64,000 bases of DNA from Trichinella spiralis. Its lineage: Eukaryota. Made by a program: the position numbers and the translations under genes. Of the stretch, positions 24,207-39,000 are shown piece after piece. The stretch is taken from NCBI RefSeq assembly GCF_000181795.1, contig NW_003526944.1, forward strand, positions 4,133,754 through 4,197,753, written 5' to 3'. Below the pieces are notes generated by a model. It ran no database searches and was not told the origin of the DNA. It worked only from the letters and a program-made list of their open reading frames with translations. How positions within the stretch are numbered: the stretch's first letter is position 1; every line of letters starts with the position of its first letter.

Positions 24207-27200
24207 CATATGACATTGCCTTAGGTAAAATCAATTCACTGTTAATCCTAAAACCGTAATTACATTACATTACATTGCATTACAATCGAACATTTCTTTA
24301 ATTTATGCTTTTGTTGTTGAGTTGTTTTTTACAACGTTGAATGATACTGTTATTGAGGGTTTCATGAAAAATGCCCATTGTTTTTGCAATAAAGATGTAG
24401 TAAATGTGATGCATTGTCTATCTTCATCTATACTATTCTGCTACTTCCTTGAAACGGAATCAGTATGCGTGATTTTTAGTATATGTAACATGTTAACATT
24501 TGAGTAAATTGTGTATTCAAAATGAGCAGCGCAGTGCAATATTTTACAAGTTTGATCAATCTAATTTTCCTTCTTTTACATTCATGAAGAATACACTTAA
24601 AAATAAATTTATCTATATTGTATTATATTACATAAAGGGTGAATACATACGAAGTAACTTTAATAATTAAAACCTTTAATGCCCAAGGTATCAATTTTGA
24701 TACATAATGTTTTATGCAGCATAGCTATTCACCAAAACGTGTTTGTTAGCCATTCTTGTGTTTAAGAGCTCTTGGCACTGGTCTTAACAATATTTCATTG
24801 CCAATTTTCTTCTCATCTTTCTAAATTTTTCTAATGCACCCTACTGTACATGTAGATGAGATGAAAAAACATGAATTTGCATTTTGATGTATAAATTGAG
24901 AACTGAGCAGAAATTAAGGATAATAATTTTCTAATACTAAACCGTGATGTGAAGATGGTGTTAAAATTGGCAGCAGCCTCTAAAGTTCTTAGGTGCTGAG
25001 TACAGTTGCTTAGATTACCTGTATCAATTTTGATCCAATCTGCTTTAACGGAAACTGCACATTATATTTACTCTCCTCAACGCCCTCATAATTGCTTGGA
25101 TTACGATTATCATTTTCATCAGAAAACATAACATGTCTAAAACGCATATTTAAAAAAAGATTGCTCCACAGAAAAAAATTTGGGTTTGAAAGGGTCACGA
25201 AAAAAAGGCTTCAACCGTTCGCCAAAAAACAGCAGAGGCAAAAATAGCCCAAGGCATTTACGATTAGATCCATAAAACGATTTACTCTCAAAATCATGGG
25301 AATCAATTGGAAAAATTAGAAAACAACAATAAATTTTGTCTTAAAATTGCTTGTGGATTATTTGGTGAGATATTGATTTAAAACTTGAAATAAAATGGAA
25401 CATTAGTGGAACAGAAAACAAAAGAATTACAATATATAGACAATAAATAAATATGCAAGGAAAGGCATTTTGTAAAAAATTTATTACAATGCATTTAAAA
25501 ATTTCAGCGAAAAAATCATATCAATCAAATAAAATTTCTTCCTGACTTTTCTTTATCACGTACAGCATCTTACATCTTCAAACTTTTGAAACGTAATTTC
25601 TTCGATTAATGGCGCTTCTGAAGTGATAATTTCTAAATATAAACAAACGCAATAAAATATAAATATACTATAAAATATATTATATACATATTATATAAAA
25701 TATAAATAAAATATATAAATATAAACATAAATATATATGAATAAATATAAATAAGTAAATAAAGAGATGGAAATGCAAATTTGTTGCAATATCGCATTTA
25801 TTCCTTTCATAAATGTCAAATTTTGAAACCAGTTGTTTCATAAATTTCTCGAAAAATCATTGATTACATATTATTCAAAATTTATGAGCATTTATTCCAG
25901 GTACTACTGCTATCAATTATAACAAATGCAATAACAAATTCGTGCACTTTCCTAGCAACATTTCATTATTTTTACAGAACTTTAAAGTGAATATCAAGCG
26001 GTTGAGAAAAATACCATAGATGCGGACATTGAGTTGTGATAAATATTTAATTTAATTACTTTTATTTCAATTTTATACAACTGCAATAGCAAGGTACCAC
26101 ATTAAAACCACATTGTCACATGAGGCACATAGGTACAGTCAAAAAGCGAAATACAATTCAAAGAGGGACATGTTTGGTATCAATGAAACGCTAATTGAAT
26201 AATAAATACCATGTACTACATGGTATTAAATGAAATGATTAGTTTTTGAACAAAAAGCGACATGCAAGGCATACGTTATGACATTCAGGCATTAATGTAT
26301 GTTAAAGGAAGATAATGTTGAAAATTCATTTTTATCAAGCATAATAAAAAGATATGTAAATAGGAAATGAGTATGTTGAGCGAATTATTTCCATTTTTGT
26401 TTGTTCTGAAACAACATCCAACAAATTTATCAAAACAGAGTGAAATGAAGAAAAAATGGATTGCTGAAACAAGTTATATATTGCAAAAAGCAGCGTAGTT
26501 TGATTGCATTCCAAACTCAAAAGAGGAAAATGCTACGTTCGATAAAAATCACGCATCCTAGTTATGTTTTGAGGTAGTTAGAGATTGGCAGCTTCCCTAT
26601 GTATTAAGATAGGCGCAATGCGCTAACTTAAACAGCCATTTATTCGAAAACTACAAAATAGTTTCATGCTGATGCTGCATAACACTATTGTTTATCATTT
26701 CGAATAACCTCTATTAAAGAAAAAGAAGAAGTTTTGAGAAAAAATTTTTGGACATTTTTCACAAAACAATGAAGTAAGAAATATGCGATATTAGTACCAT
26801 TGAAAAGAAAAGAAATAAAATATACAATTAAATAAATATGCAAGATAAATGAATTTGCAAAGATTTATCGCCAATGTTCAATTAATCGAGCGAACAGAAG
26901 TATCTCCTGCAAACAAAATTTGTTCCTGACTTTCGTTTTTTGGTTACAGAATGCTTAAAATTTCAAATTTTTTTAAGCGTAATTTCTTCATTTGACTACT
27001 CTTCTCAAATACATATTAGCGAAAATTATGACAGGAGAATGCAATTCTGACGCAATATTCACTTCCTCTCTTCTATAAATGTTAAATTTGCTTGGCAGCT
27101 TGGCTAATTCATTGTATGGATAAGTTCACTTCGAGCCATTTATTGCACAAGCTCACGGTTCTTTTCCATGAAACATTTCAAAACAATTTACTCTATCCAT

Positions 27201-29269
27201 ATGAATCGAAGTTGGTAGGAAAATGCAAATATTGCGAAACAACGTTTTTCAGCACCCCAAACAGCAAAGTCTATTCATTCCATGAAATTTTGATTTCTAT
27301 TCGAAAATCTTTCAAACAAGTGATATAGATGAATCAAAGGAAATGCAAAATCCATTGCCACATTTTCACACAATTCCTAGTAGCGTAGTTTTGGAGATTT
27401 TGCTGTAGTAAATCAGCTACCAAATTTGGATGCTAACGGTAATGACAAAAAAAATAAAATCTTTAATAGTCACGCATAGGGCTTTGTCACCATTTGCTCA
27501 AGTGGCTCTGACTGAAATTGTTAAAAAGGATGCTCCTTGTTGTGAGAGAAGAATATGAAATTTGTACTTGACTGCTATTAATATAATTCAAGCTGCATAA
27601 AATTCAGATGTTTTATTTGAGCTACTGTATTCAATGATAACGATTTAAAATTAGGAAACGATGAAAGTTACGATTTTTCAAATTAATAATTTATTGCAAC
27701 ATAATATTTTTTACATACATCCCATTTCATAAAATGAGATTTTAACAAAGTTGCTACGTAGCGCAACGAAATGTGCATTAGTATGGATATTTGTTTATAT
27801 AAAAATTATTATATATCCAGGCCGTGAAACTGATCTGAATGTTAGTCGGCAAAACTGAAGTCCATTAATTTGCAACTAACATATTGTCTGTAGTGGTACC
27901 TACATAGAACGTTAGTATAACTGTAAAAATCACTTACCTTTTAACCATCGATTATACTGAAGAGGAAATTTTATTGCACTTCTTGAGGGACGTTCTTTAC
28001 GCTGCTTACTATGAAGACTATGAATAAGCGTGAAGATGACATTGTCAAAAGTATTTGAATTTCAAGGAAATAGAATAATATGACATTGCCTTGGGTGATG
28101 TGAATTCATTTTTGCTCAGTTTTAGCGTAACGGTATAGAAACATTATGATAAAGTGTACTAATTGCTCATTAGGAAGAGCGTGCATGGTTTTGACGTATT
28201 ATTCTGTGAAAGCAAATAATGATATGTATGAAGTTATTACTGATATAATTAGGTAAAGCTATGATGATGACGTAATATTTTACATTTGAACTTCGGATTG
28301 TCATTATTTCACTCTTAAGGACCTATGAAATTGTCAGAAATTTCCTCTGGGTGCTTGAAAAATGTTGAAATTCAGTTGAAATCGAGAAGGAAAATGTTCA
28401 GTAGATGTCGATCTGATTCAAACGATTAAGTCAATTTTGCTTCAGCTGCAGTTTTTTGAAAAAGCACTACATGCATATTTTACGTTTATTGAGAGAGTAC
28501 AGTTAGCATTTGTATTCTAGAGTTGAGGAATGCTGAAGAATGAGTTAAAGAATGGCATTCATCAGCAAAACACTTATTTGGTTTCGAAATGTGCCAGTAA
28601 TTTTTCAATTACTTTCTAAAAACGTTTTATTAGAAAATGGCAACAGTATGAAAAACATTTTTATTAAATTACACAAAAATTTCCAATCTACATCAAAGAC
28701 GAAAAATCATTTTCACAATATTATGAATATTCACATTCAAGTACCCAGAGCAACGCAGTGCTTTTGCTCTGTTAGATGAACATATGAGAATCTAATGGAG
28801 GAACAAATGTCCGAAGCGCATTTCAAAAGAAATACAGTTCTGAAAAATATGAATTCGAATGGATTCCATACCTAAAATAGACCTGAAGCACAAACAAACA
28901 AATGATAAAATTAAAATGCAGCTGTGAATCATAAAAAGGCAAACGGAAACATTGCCGCAAACATTCATATTATTTTAATCAAAATAATCAAGATATAACA
29001 CGTCGCATAAAAATAATATTTTTTATCATAATGCGCAACTCAACTTAAAAGATATGAGGAATAAATGCAATCAAACGAAAATCAAATAAGAAGAAACCAC
29101 ACATATATATAAACATAAGAAATTCTCGAATTGTAGCGAAAAAGGGAAAATGTCATGTTACCATTGAAAGTACAATTATAAACACTGCAGCAGGAAAGCA
29201 AATGCATTGACTAGGCCCGTACTCCGCAAGCGAATTAACGGAATTAACTGCGCTATTGCTAATGCAACA

Positions 29270-30272
29270 ATGCCACGTTCATTAATACGTGCAATGCATA
29301 TAAAGCCCCGCGCAACGCTAAAGCATAGCAAAGCACGGCATTCAACGCCAAGATGATTGTAGGGCTATTATACAAAAATCCATCCAGAACAACATAAAAA
29401 ATAAGAATTTCGTAATAAGAATTATTTTATAAACTTATGTGATGATGTACAAGATTATTACGTGAAACTAGCAATTTTTAGTATTAAAAAATGGAAAACT
29501 GACAAAGTAATATCTAGCACTTCTCAGATATGAAGCGCAAATCATTTATTGGGAAATTATTGAAATGCCCTTTTTATTTCACGAATAGAACAGATTGTAG
29601 TTGCAAGAGAATCTATGCCTCTCAACTGCTTCATCTTATGTGTGCTTCTGAATATTCACCACAACCCGCTCCACACATTAGACGTACAATTCATAGCTCA
29701 GCAGTGCTCTTTCAACGCTTTGCCCAGGCATGAGCTAACCACGTTAATCAAGCGAACAAGCGCTACGCTATGGATAACGTAACCATGCCACGTTAATTAA
29801 TACGTGCAATGCATATAAAGCCCCGCGCAACGCTAAAGCATAGCAAAGTACGGCATTCAACGACCAACACGGATGAAGGGCTATTGTACAAAAAACCAAC
29901 CAGAATAACATAAAAAATGAGAATTTCGAAATTAGCATTATTTAATAAACTTATTTGATGATATACAAGACAATTACAGTACGCTAGTAATTTTTTGGAT
30001 TAAAAAATGGAATACTGAAAAAGCAGTATCCAGCTCTTCTAAGATATGCAGCGCAAATCATTTATGGGCAAATTACTGAGATGTACTTTTTATTTCATGA
30101 ATTGAACAATTAGTAATTACAAGAAAACCAATGACTCATATCAGTTTCATCTTGTGTGTGTTTTTGTGAATATTCACCACAACCCGCTCCACACATTAAA
30201 CGTACAATTCATAGCTCAGCAATGCTCTTTCAACGCTTTGCCCAGGCATGAGCTAACCACGTTAATCAAGCG
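29270..30272. repeat. Two ~515-bp tandem units with a GC-richer core
   Basis: atgccacgtt...tataaagccccgcgcaacg at 29270 and 29785; ttcaccacaacccgctcc at 29655 and 30173. Confidence 0.85.
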
Positions 30273-30274
30273 TG

Positions 30275-30600
30275 CGCAACGAGATGTGCATTAGTATGGA
30301 TATTTGTTTATATAAAAATTATTATATATCCAGGCCGTGAAGCTGAACTGAATCGAAGTCATTAAATTAGTCAAATTATGAATTAGTCAGCGAAACTGAA
30401 ATCCATTAATTTGCAATTAACATATTGTCTGCAGTAATACCTACATAGAACGTTAGTATAATTGTGAAAATGACTTACTATTTAACTATTGATGATATTG
30501 AAGTGGAGACTTTATCGCGCTTGCTAACCACAGATTACTATGAAGATTGTGAATAACTATGAAGATGACATTTTGAAAAGTCGGTCAAGTTCAAGAAATT
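30275..30600 (+). repeat. Diverged duplicate of about 27761-28070
   Basis: Shared gcgcaacgaRatgtgcattagtatggatatttg...cctacatagaacgttagtataa...tgaagatgacatt. Confidence 0.8.
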
Positions 30601-31475
30601 ATTAATAGTCAAAGTATTTTTAGTTTTAGGCTTTTTAATAAAAATTTTTTTCAGAAAATTATTGAATATCTAAAAGAATTGCTAACCAACATCTCACTAC
30701 CTTGGGCATGAAAGTTGAAAAATGTACAAGCAGTGCATATATTTTCAGTAATATAATATTAGTTATGCAATTAGGTTACAGGTTCAATGCTTATGCTCAT
30801 CTTTGTGAAGTAATAGCAATCCAGCTAAAAGAAAGAAAGTTTCCCTGAATAAGCAAGTGCTTACTCATCATTGAAGTCGATCTTACATTTTTGTGTTACA
30901 ATTATTGATCATAAAGAATCATTTGAAAGTAATAAAAAATTCGCTGCTTTTAGTAGATTAGTTAAATAAACGAATGTTCTCTCACTGATAAGATAACCAT
31001 TTGAAGAAAAATCGGTTTCTATATATGCAAAACAACCCTTGCGCAGCGTTACACGATGTAAATCCACTTTACTCTGAGACGCTTTGCACAAAAAATAAAA
31101 ATAAATGATCAAGCAGAACGACTAGCCCAAGCGTCAAGCTCATTGCTAAAGAAGCTTTTCCGGTCATCTGCAACTTCATCAATTTCTGTTCCAGCCAAAA
31201 TAAAACATAGAAAATAATGACACCTAGCCTACCCATCCCACTGTCCAGTTTTCCCGCTACCAATACATATATATATATATATATATATATTAATTTATAC
31301 ATATATAGCTTATATTTAAATATATAACTATTTATGTATTTGTCTGTTGTGCAACCTGTACTATTAATACCTGCAACTCATAAATACTGTATGCTCGACT
31401 TTTGCTGGTAGGAACGATATTTTGATAAAAGATATTTATTTGTCCATCACACTTTCAGTTGCTTTTTTGTGCATA

Positions 31476-32827
31476 ATGACTACTCCACCTGAAATATTTT
31501 TTGGTAATTTTTCGAATTTCATTCTTTTTGTGTTCTTTAGTAACCGGATGTAGATTTAGATTCCCAAAACGCCCATTCTAACGTCCAGCAAAACTATTTC
31601 TCTTTCAATGAGAACTCTGTGGACGCTCCAATGCAGCCATCTTCTAAATGGACGACTGGTAACGCTTTCACCGATAGCATTGCATCGGAGCCCGTTGCCG
31701 ACTTTGCTAAAGCATATGGAGGCCGTATTGCACAAGAAGGCAAAGAAAAAGTAAAAAATTTTATACTTGTTTCTCTTTTAATATTTCATTCTTGTTTACT
31801 TTATTAATGCGAATTGATTAATATGATAAACATTCAGGAAATGCTTTTTTCTGTAAAAACTTAATGACAATACGCTTTTAGTTGGGTCATTACATATCCC
31901 TTGCAAGGATGAAGCAATACTTTGACGTTGATAACAGATTTGTTGGTCGAAAATTATCCATGATTTTGTTTCCTTTTTATGGCAGGGTATGATGTTGTTT
32001 TGTTGATTAAGAAGATTTTAATTTTATAAATATATATACAGTTCTGGGGTAACAGTCGATCCATTGAATCCCCAAGATTAAATCCTTGTGCTGTAGATTT
32101 GTATATTCCTAGTAAGTATTGCCATACATGGTTTCTAAGATTGTCATGCTGCTTTTTGATGATTTCAGCATTGGCAGTTGTGACTTACATATTTGTATCT
32201 GGCTGGCTGTTGGGGCTTCAGAATCGGTTTGTTAGACTTCTTCAAATTATCATAAATTTGTCTGAATGCTCGCTCGTTTTTTAGATTCAGTCCAGAGAAA
32301 CTGGGACTGTTGAGTAGTGCTACAATGGCATGGCTGTTTGCGGAGAACATTGTTGTCATCGTAATGCGTTACATCATGTCAGTTTCGCAGTCACTCACAT
32401 TTTGGGATACACTGGCATTCAGTGGTTACAAATACGTGGGGTAGCTGTTGTTCACTGTTGCACGGCAGTTATTTTTCCATTTTTAAATAATGTCTATTTC
32501 AGAATGATATGCAGCTTAATTGCTTTTATTATTAGTGGAAGATCGGCGTACAACTACTGTTTAATTTACTGCTGCATTTCTGTATCGGTATTTTTAGTAA
32601 GTTATACACTTTATGAGAAAAAAAAACAATACTGAGATGTTGTTGCTTTTCAGGCACGGTCATTGAAAGTTTACGTAGCCGATGCTCGTTCTTACGAAGA
32701 AGGAAAAAAACGGAAAATGTACCTTGTATTATTTGTTTCTTTAACGCAACCTTTCATCATGTGGTGGTTGACTAGTTCTTTGATTAGTTATCAAAGTCCA
32801 CACGTACCCAATGATGTTAGTGAATGA
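31476..32827 (+). CDS. YIF1: YIF1 family ER-Golgi trafficking membrane protein (multi-exon)
   Basis: Spliced peptides KQYFDVDNRFVGRKLSMILFPF, PRLNPCAVDLYIP, GLQNRFSPEKLG, LAFSGYKYVG and QPFIMWWLT match the YIF1 family. GT-AG introns, stop TGA at 32825-32827. Confidence 0.9.
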
Positions 32828-32982
32828 AGAACAATTCTTTTTCTGAAAATTAAGTTTAATTATATATATTTTTTGAGACAAAACGAGTAAACATTTTTTG
32901 TTCAGAAATGTTCTGCAAAACAATTATAAATATAACTTTTTATCACTTATACAGTGGGATAACTGTGATATTATAACAACTA

Positions 32983-33615
32983 TCACTCCAAATCATCGAA
33001 TACATTAGCAGCGGCAGAGAAAGCATTAGGACCTATTGCAGCGTACAGCTCCTAAAACAGTGTAAATATTTAATCTGTGGAAATATTTAAAATAGCAAGG
33101 CTAACTAACCTCTCTCACGGCTGGCAATTTGCTTTCCAACTGCTCCATAACTATTGGTGGAAACATGTATCTCACCATATCTTGCATTTGTCCACTCTCA
33201 CCGCTGCATGCAAAAATATACGCCAAATGTTCCGCTGCATCTTCGTATTTGTCTAAAAAATACAAATCGAAATATGTACATAACAAAAAATAGCGCTCCC
33301 CGTAATAATTACTTCGTGATACGCATTCGTCAAGCAGTTGTGCATGGTAAGATACAAATGCTTGCATTTCGAAAGGATTAGCAGGTAACTTAATTTTATT
33401 TTTCTTCTTGGTCATTTCCGTCTGTTTCTTCCTTTCTACAATTTTGGAATTAAATCGACATACTGATAAATTAACATGTTTTACTCACTTTCAGCAATTT
33501 TCTTTTTATACTGAGGATCCTGTCGTCGTTTTCTATCGAAATAAATGCAATAAGCAACGAACAGGGCACCTGCTAAACCGGAAACTCCCCATAAAATTAT
33601 TTTTCCACCCAACAT
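32983..33615 (-). CDS. TOMM20: Mitochondrial import receptor subunit TOM20 (multi-exon)
   Basis: N-terminal anchor GLAGALFVAYCIYFDRKRRQDPQYKKK, then LPANPFEMQAF and AAEHLAYIFACSG, with an acidic C-terminal DDLE*. Confidence 0.92.
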
Positions 33616-35409
33616 ATTAGAACTCCTGCAACAGATAAACTGCATCAAGAAAAAGAAAGAAAAAAGACAAACAAATATACGTATACGTGCATATTGACTG
33701 ATTGTCAACAGAATAAGTAATAATAGAAGAAACTGTGAAAATTGCATGCTTAATTATTGAAATAAACACGCAACAACAAATTTCACTAACAAAAACATAC
33801 GCTAATTTATAATTAAAATTACAATACAAGCACGCTAACAACCTTCATCAATGTAATGTAACATTGCCAATGTTTGAGAAATCAAAAGTTCAGATTAAAT
33901 GAAATGACACCCTATCGAAGCGAACTGATAGAACATCATTTAAAAATTTATCCAGCTGAAAAGATTGCTACTGCTCTAAGAAAACTGTCCGAAGTCAAAC
34001 AGTTACTTCAACTAATTTCACATATTGTTGTTAAAATGATGAAAAAAATCAACAAATAAATGTACACGCATATAACATGTCAGAAAAATTACTGTAAAGA
34101 AATTACACTTTTAAAAATATTTAGCAGTAAAATAAATAGATCAAAAAAAATTCATGTTCATTCAAATAACAAAACCAAACATCGGCTCAATCAACACAAC
34201 CAATACACGTAACAACCATTACTACAAAAGTTAAATGATAATAAAGTACACATATGTAAATTCATATTTTTATTGTTTATACAGTGCTCAAAATATATTG
34301 ATATTTTAACTTAAAAATACGCTAGTTTATTAAATAATAAATTTTTACAAATAAAAGTAATATATATTTGTTTATTTATTTACTATTAATTTAAAACAGT
34401 GCACTGGTTAAAATTGAATGTCAAGAATTGGAGATTCTACATACTCACTCCATTTGGGCAGTACAGTTTGGATCAAATAAAAGGTATTTTTTATTATCAC
34501 ACGACACATAAGTTCATATTTTTATCGTGCAGCTTCTTATTCTAGATGGAGTACAATTACAACTGAGCAATTGTGTGGCAACATTGCCATTTACTGTTAA
34601 CAATTGTAGTGCTGTTAATAATTTTACGAGAGAAAATGAAGCATCAGTGCAATTCACCGGCAATAATTAATTAATTAGTCTTGGAAACAAGAATATTGAC
34701 ACAGAGAGAACTTAATGATCATCGTAAACAACAATTTCAGTTTTGTAAACGAATTATCGAATTGATTTATGATAAATTTGTCAAATATTCAATCAATTAA
34801 TTGAACAACAGCGTTGTAGGTGTTGGAATAACGAGACCAGTTGCATCGTCAGCGCCAGAAAAAAGTAATACGATAGAAAAGCCGGTGAAATAAAGATGTG
34901 TAATTGTGAGCGTTTTTTAAATTGCATTTGCCGAATAAAAGTTTGCATATTAATTGTTTGCAGTTGAACAAGTGAAGAGCAGTCAGAAAATAGCAGCGAA
35001 CATACATACTGATGCGCTTCTTCAGAAAACAAAATTCGCTACTGACTTTGGAAGATGTGAAACAAGAATCCACAGAAGAAAAACGAACACTTCTCTACTG
35101 CACAACAACTAAATTCAATATTGAAATATTATTTTTCACATTATGCTTCTTTTGTCGCACACAGTTTCGTGTATGCAACTGGTTGATGGTGTTGTTTATT
35201 GCAAATAATAGAAAATATTAATGTGAAAAAATTTTCAAATTTTGTCACGGGAAAGTGGAACTGAATCATCGTGTCGTGTATCACCAGTGTTGTCTTCCAA
35301 CGTGGAAACCAAATTCAATCAACTCTGATCAAGCGAAAGCTAACGCCAAAATAAACAACAGCTGAAAACAGCACGGTCTAGTGCGCATATGAATTGAACC
35401 GTAACTTTT

Positions 35410-35450
<41 letters not shown>

Positions 35451-36082
35451 TTACCAGCAATGTTTAAAACAAATTATTGCCAATGTTTACGTCACAAATT
35501 GCAGAAAAATCAAACTTCCAGCAAACAACAAAAAATGCCAATGTTAGCAGTACAGACGAGAGGGAGAGATGAAAGTGCAAAACTGACGAGACAGACAGCA
35601 GTGATCATCAAAAGCAGAGCCAATATTTCTTTTTTGTGATGCATATTGTGAAAAAGAAAAGATATATTCAGTGGCAGTTTGTTAGTAGTTATGATTCATT
35701 TCAAATTCATAAAATAAAAACCAATTGACTGATTGGAAAATTTACAGCCCGTAAACAAAGAAATTAAAATAGGTGCAGAAATATGTTTCTGTTTTTTTCT
35801 CATGAGGAAGACCGGAAGAGAATTTAAATAAACAACATACTTCCGAGTTCTATTTGGAAAGCAACCACATTCGGTTCCATCCTTTTCTGTCCAAAAGAAG
35901 CAGAGTAAGCAAGTGCTTTTTTCTCTCCATTACCAATGACCATTATATTATGAACAACATCATAATATGCGTATGCGTAGAAATTCGGTATTTTTAAACA
36001 TATAAAACGGTACAAGAAAGTAAAATTTGAATTAAACAAAAAATAATTAATTAATTAATTTAAAAAAAGAATCGCAGGTGAA

Positions 36083-39000
36083 TCATCGATCAGCAGACGA
36101 ACAGTTACTGTTCAATTTGTCGACATTGGGACAACGGTCATCTGAACAACAATGAGACGGTGAAGCATAATTAGCATTCGAGGTGGTGCTGTTTGCGACG
36201 GTGGTATTGACGGTCAAAGGCAAACCAGAGCAGACTTGTGCGACAAGATCGGGCGGGGCTGTTTCCCGAAGCATCTTGTTCTCCACTTCCAAGCGACTGA
36301 GCTTTTTCTCCAATTCGGCAATTCGATCCCTCAACACTTCAACTTCTTCCCGTACCGCGTACAACAGATGAGTTTTTACCAAATCCTAGACAAACCAAAA
36401 TTACATAATAAAATTAAGAAAATAAAATTGTCCACATTGTAATTTTTATTGCATAATTTTTCACGGATTCAGGAGAAAATTAAGAATATTGGAAAATTTT
36501 TTCAAGAGAAAAAATCGAACAACAACAACAACAACTGCTTCTATCAATGAAGCAGTGAAAGTTTCTGCGTCATGATAAAGCCCATCCGACAATTTCGATT
36601 GAATTTGAAAACATCTGAAAACGTTCTCGAAAGCTATTAAGGTGGATATAAAAAAATAACAAAAAAAAACACAAAGAAGCAATCAAAGTTCAACTGAAAA
36701 CAAAACACAAAATATTGAATAATAATACCAATTAACTTATCAAAACGAAAACAATCATAAGCTAGCTGAATGATACGAGATAAGATATTGCTTTAAAAAA
36801 ACTGAAAACTGATAAAAGAATATTTTTCAATTGATTTTAGTGTTCCGAAAAAGTTCTGCTCAGTTTAAAATCACTTCACTTTTTTCCCATTGATTTATTT
36901 GCTATGATGAATCGAAAGCATCAAAGAGAGAAAACAAACTTGCCCTCCCCCTTTTTTTTGCTTGAAACAATAAAAAAACAAGAAACTAAAATCCCATTAA
37001 AATCCAACAACAACAGTGCTAATTATTGTTTTTTTTGTTCAATTTTTAACTCTATTAAAATATGGATGAAATAAAAATCAAAATTCAAAATGGCAAAATA
37101 AATAATCGAAGGAAAAATTGTGATTGAGAGAGGCAATTTGAAATAATATACTGAAAAAATGGAAGCAGTTGGAGAGAACAGACAAACAATAATTATCTAA
37201 ATTGAATATTGGATATGGGAAAATTTTGATGTTGATACGAATTAAGAGACGAGTTTACGATGCGTTGTTCAAGAAAATTCGGCAACAAGCATCACAGACA
37301 AACAAACAAACATTTTTAGCTGGTTGCATAATAGAGGATTCGCAAGCTAGCCTGTTCAAACCGTGCCAGAGCGTACCGTTGCACAGCTAACAACAACAGC
37401 AATAATAACTGTCAAAATGACAAAAAGCACCGTGAGGTGATAAGAATTTTCGACAAGAAAAGCAAAAAAGATCGACTTTGTAAAATCTACAACTCTGCTT
37501 GTTCACTGGATTGCAAATTTGTAAAAGGAAAAGCAAAGCGACCACAACCATTCAACATTGACAACAACAGCAACATCTCAATATACATCCTCTGATCAAT
37601 GAAAAAAAAAGAACCCTCGTCCCACCAGATTATGATTATTAACCAAGCTCAAAAGAAAGAAACAACGAGCTTAAATAACCAAATATAATAACCCATCTCG
37701 GTTTGCATGTGTATTTTACCCCTTTAGAAAAATAACAAAAAAGGTTGCTTGAATTAAGGCAAAAAGCAAATGCTTACCATTGCCTGTTCAATTTTGTTGT
37801 CAATGGCAACCACGCTGGAACCACTTCCGTTTGCCGAAGTCGTACCTCCTGTCGCAGCTTGACTAAAAGTTCAAAAAAATATACTATTAATATAAAATAT
37901 ACAAAACAAGCATATAAAATAACAAAGAAAAACAACACATCCACAATTTTACAAATACATAATAATAAATATGCACATTTGGATTTTGAATGCCTTTTCT
38001 GCTTGATTTTGCACAGTTTGTTATTGTGTTTTCTAAATGTTTGTTTGTTTGTTTTGTGATTTTTTGTCTATATACCTGGTATCACCGTAGAGGGTGTCGA
38101 GTAGTATCTTGAGCGACAATGATGGTGCTGGTTCGCTGTAGCGACGCTCATTTGGCCAAAACGTCGTTGCCTCTGCGGTGCTCATTATTTGAATTGGCTC
38201 ACGACCACAACAACAAGAAGAAGAAGAAGAACAAGAACAAGAACACACGCACACTCACAGACACGGAATGAGATATGCAGCTATACAGATAATTGTTTAA
38301 GCAAGAGAAAAATGTTTACAGCAGCACAGAAAAATGACAAAAAAAAGAAAGCTACACGTCCGCGGCGCACAGCAGATTTGCCCAACACAAACTGACAAAC
38401 TGATTAATTGGCTGGCTGACTGACAACAGACAGGCAGGCAGACATACAGACAGACTGACTGACTGACTAACTAACTGACCAATACGCAACATGCTCCACA
38501 CCCCTGTTGTCTTCATATCTATCTTTGCCTTTCTCTTCTTCACTTCTCCCTCTCTTTACTCAGCTTGTCGTCGCTGATCATTATTAATTATTAATTTTTC
38601 CTCTTTTTCTTTGAAATTCATAACAAAAAACTCACCTTATAAAATTATACTCTCTCTCAATCTGAAAATAACAAATAATATAAATCTGAAATTCAAATTT
38701 CATTCCTTTTCCACTACTTTCTACTACCTCTCTCCCTCTCTCATTTGAAAAACAACACACATCCCTACTTTACTTACGACTGCTGAATGCTAAAAACCAA
38801 AAGAAAACAAAAATACAATATATTAAAACTATGTAGAATTTAAAAATAAGAAAAATAATCTCTTTCACACAAACTATTATTAAACAACAAATATTATGCA
38901 ACAGTTATCCAATTATGACAAGCAATAAATAAAAACTAGTATTCAGTGAGTGGCACTGCAAATTTGTAAAATATTGCTATTCAAGTTGAAATTGACAATT

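Noticed and set aside
30780..31302. Possible small hydrophobic protein gene on the minus strand, divergent from YIF1
   Set aside because: Splice-like signals exist, but no consistent in-frame model or family could be built by eye.
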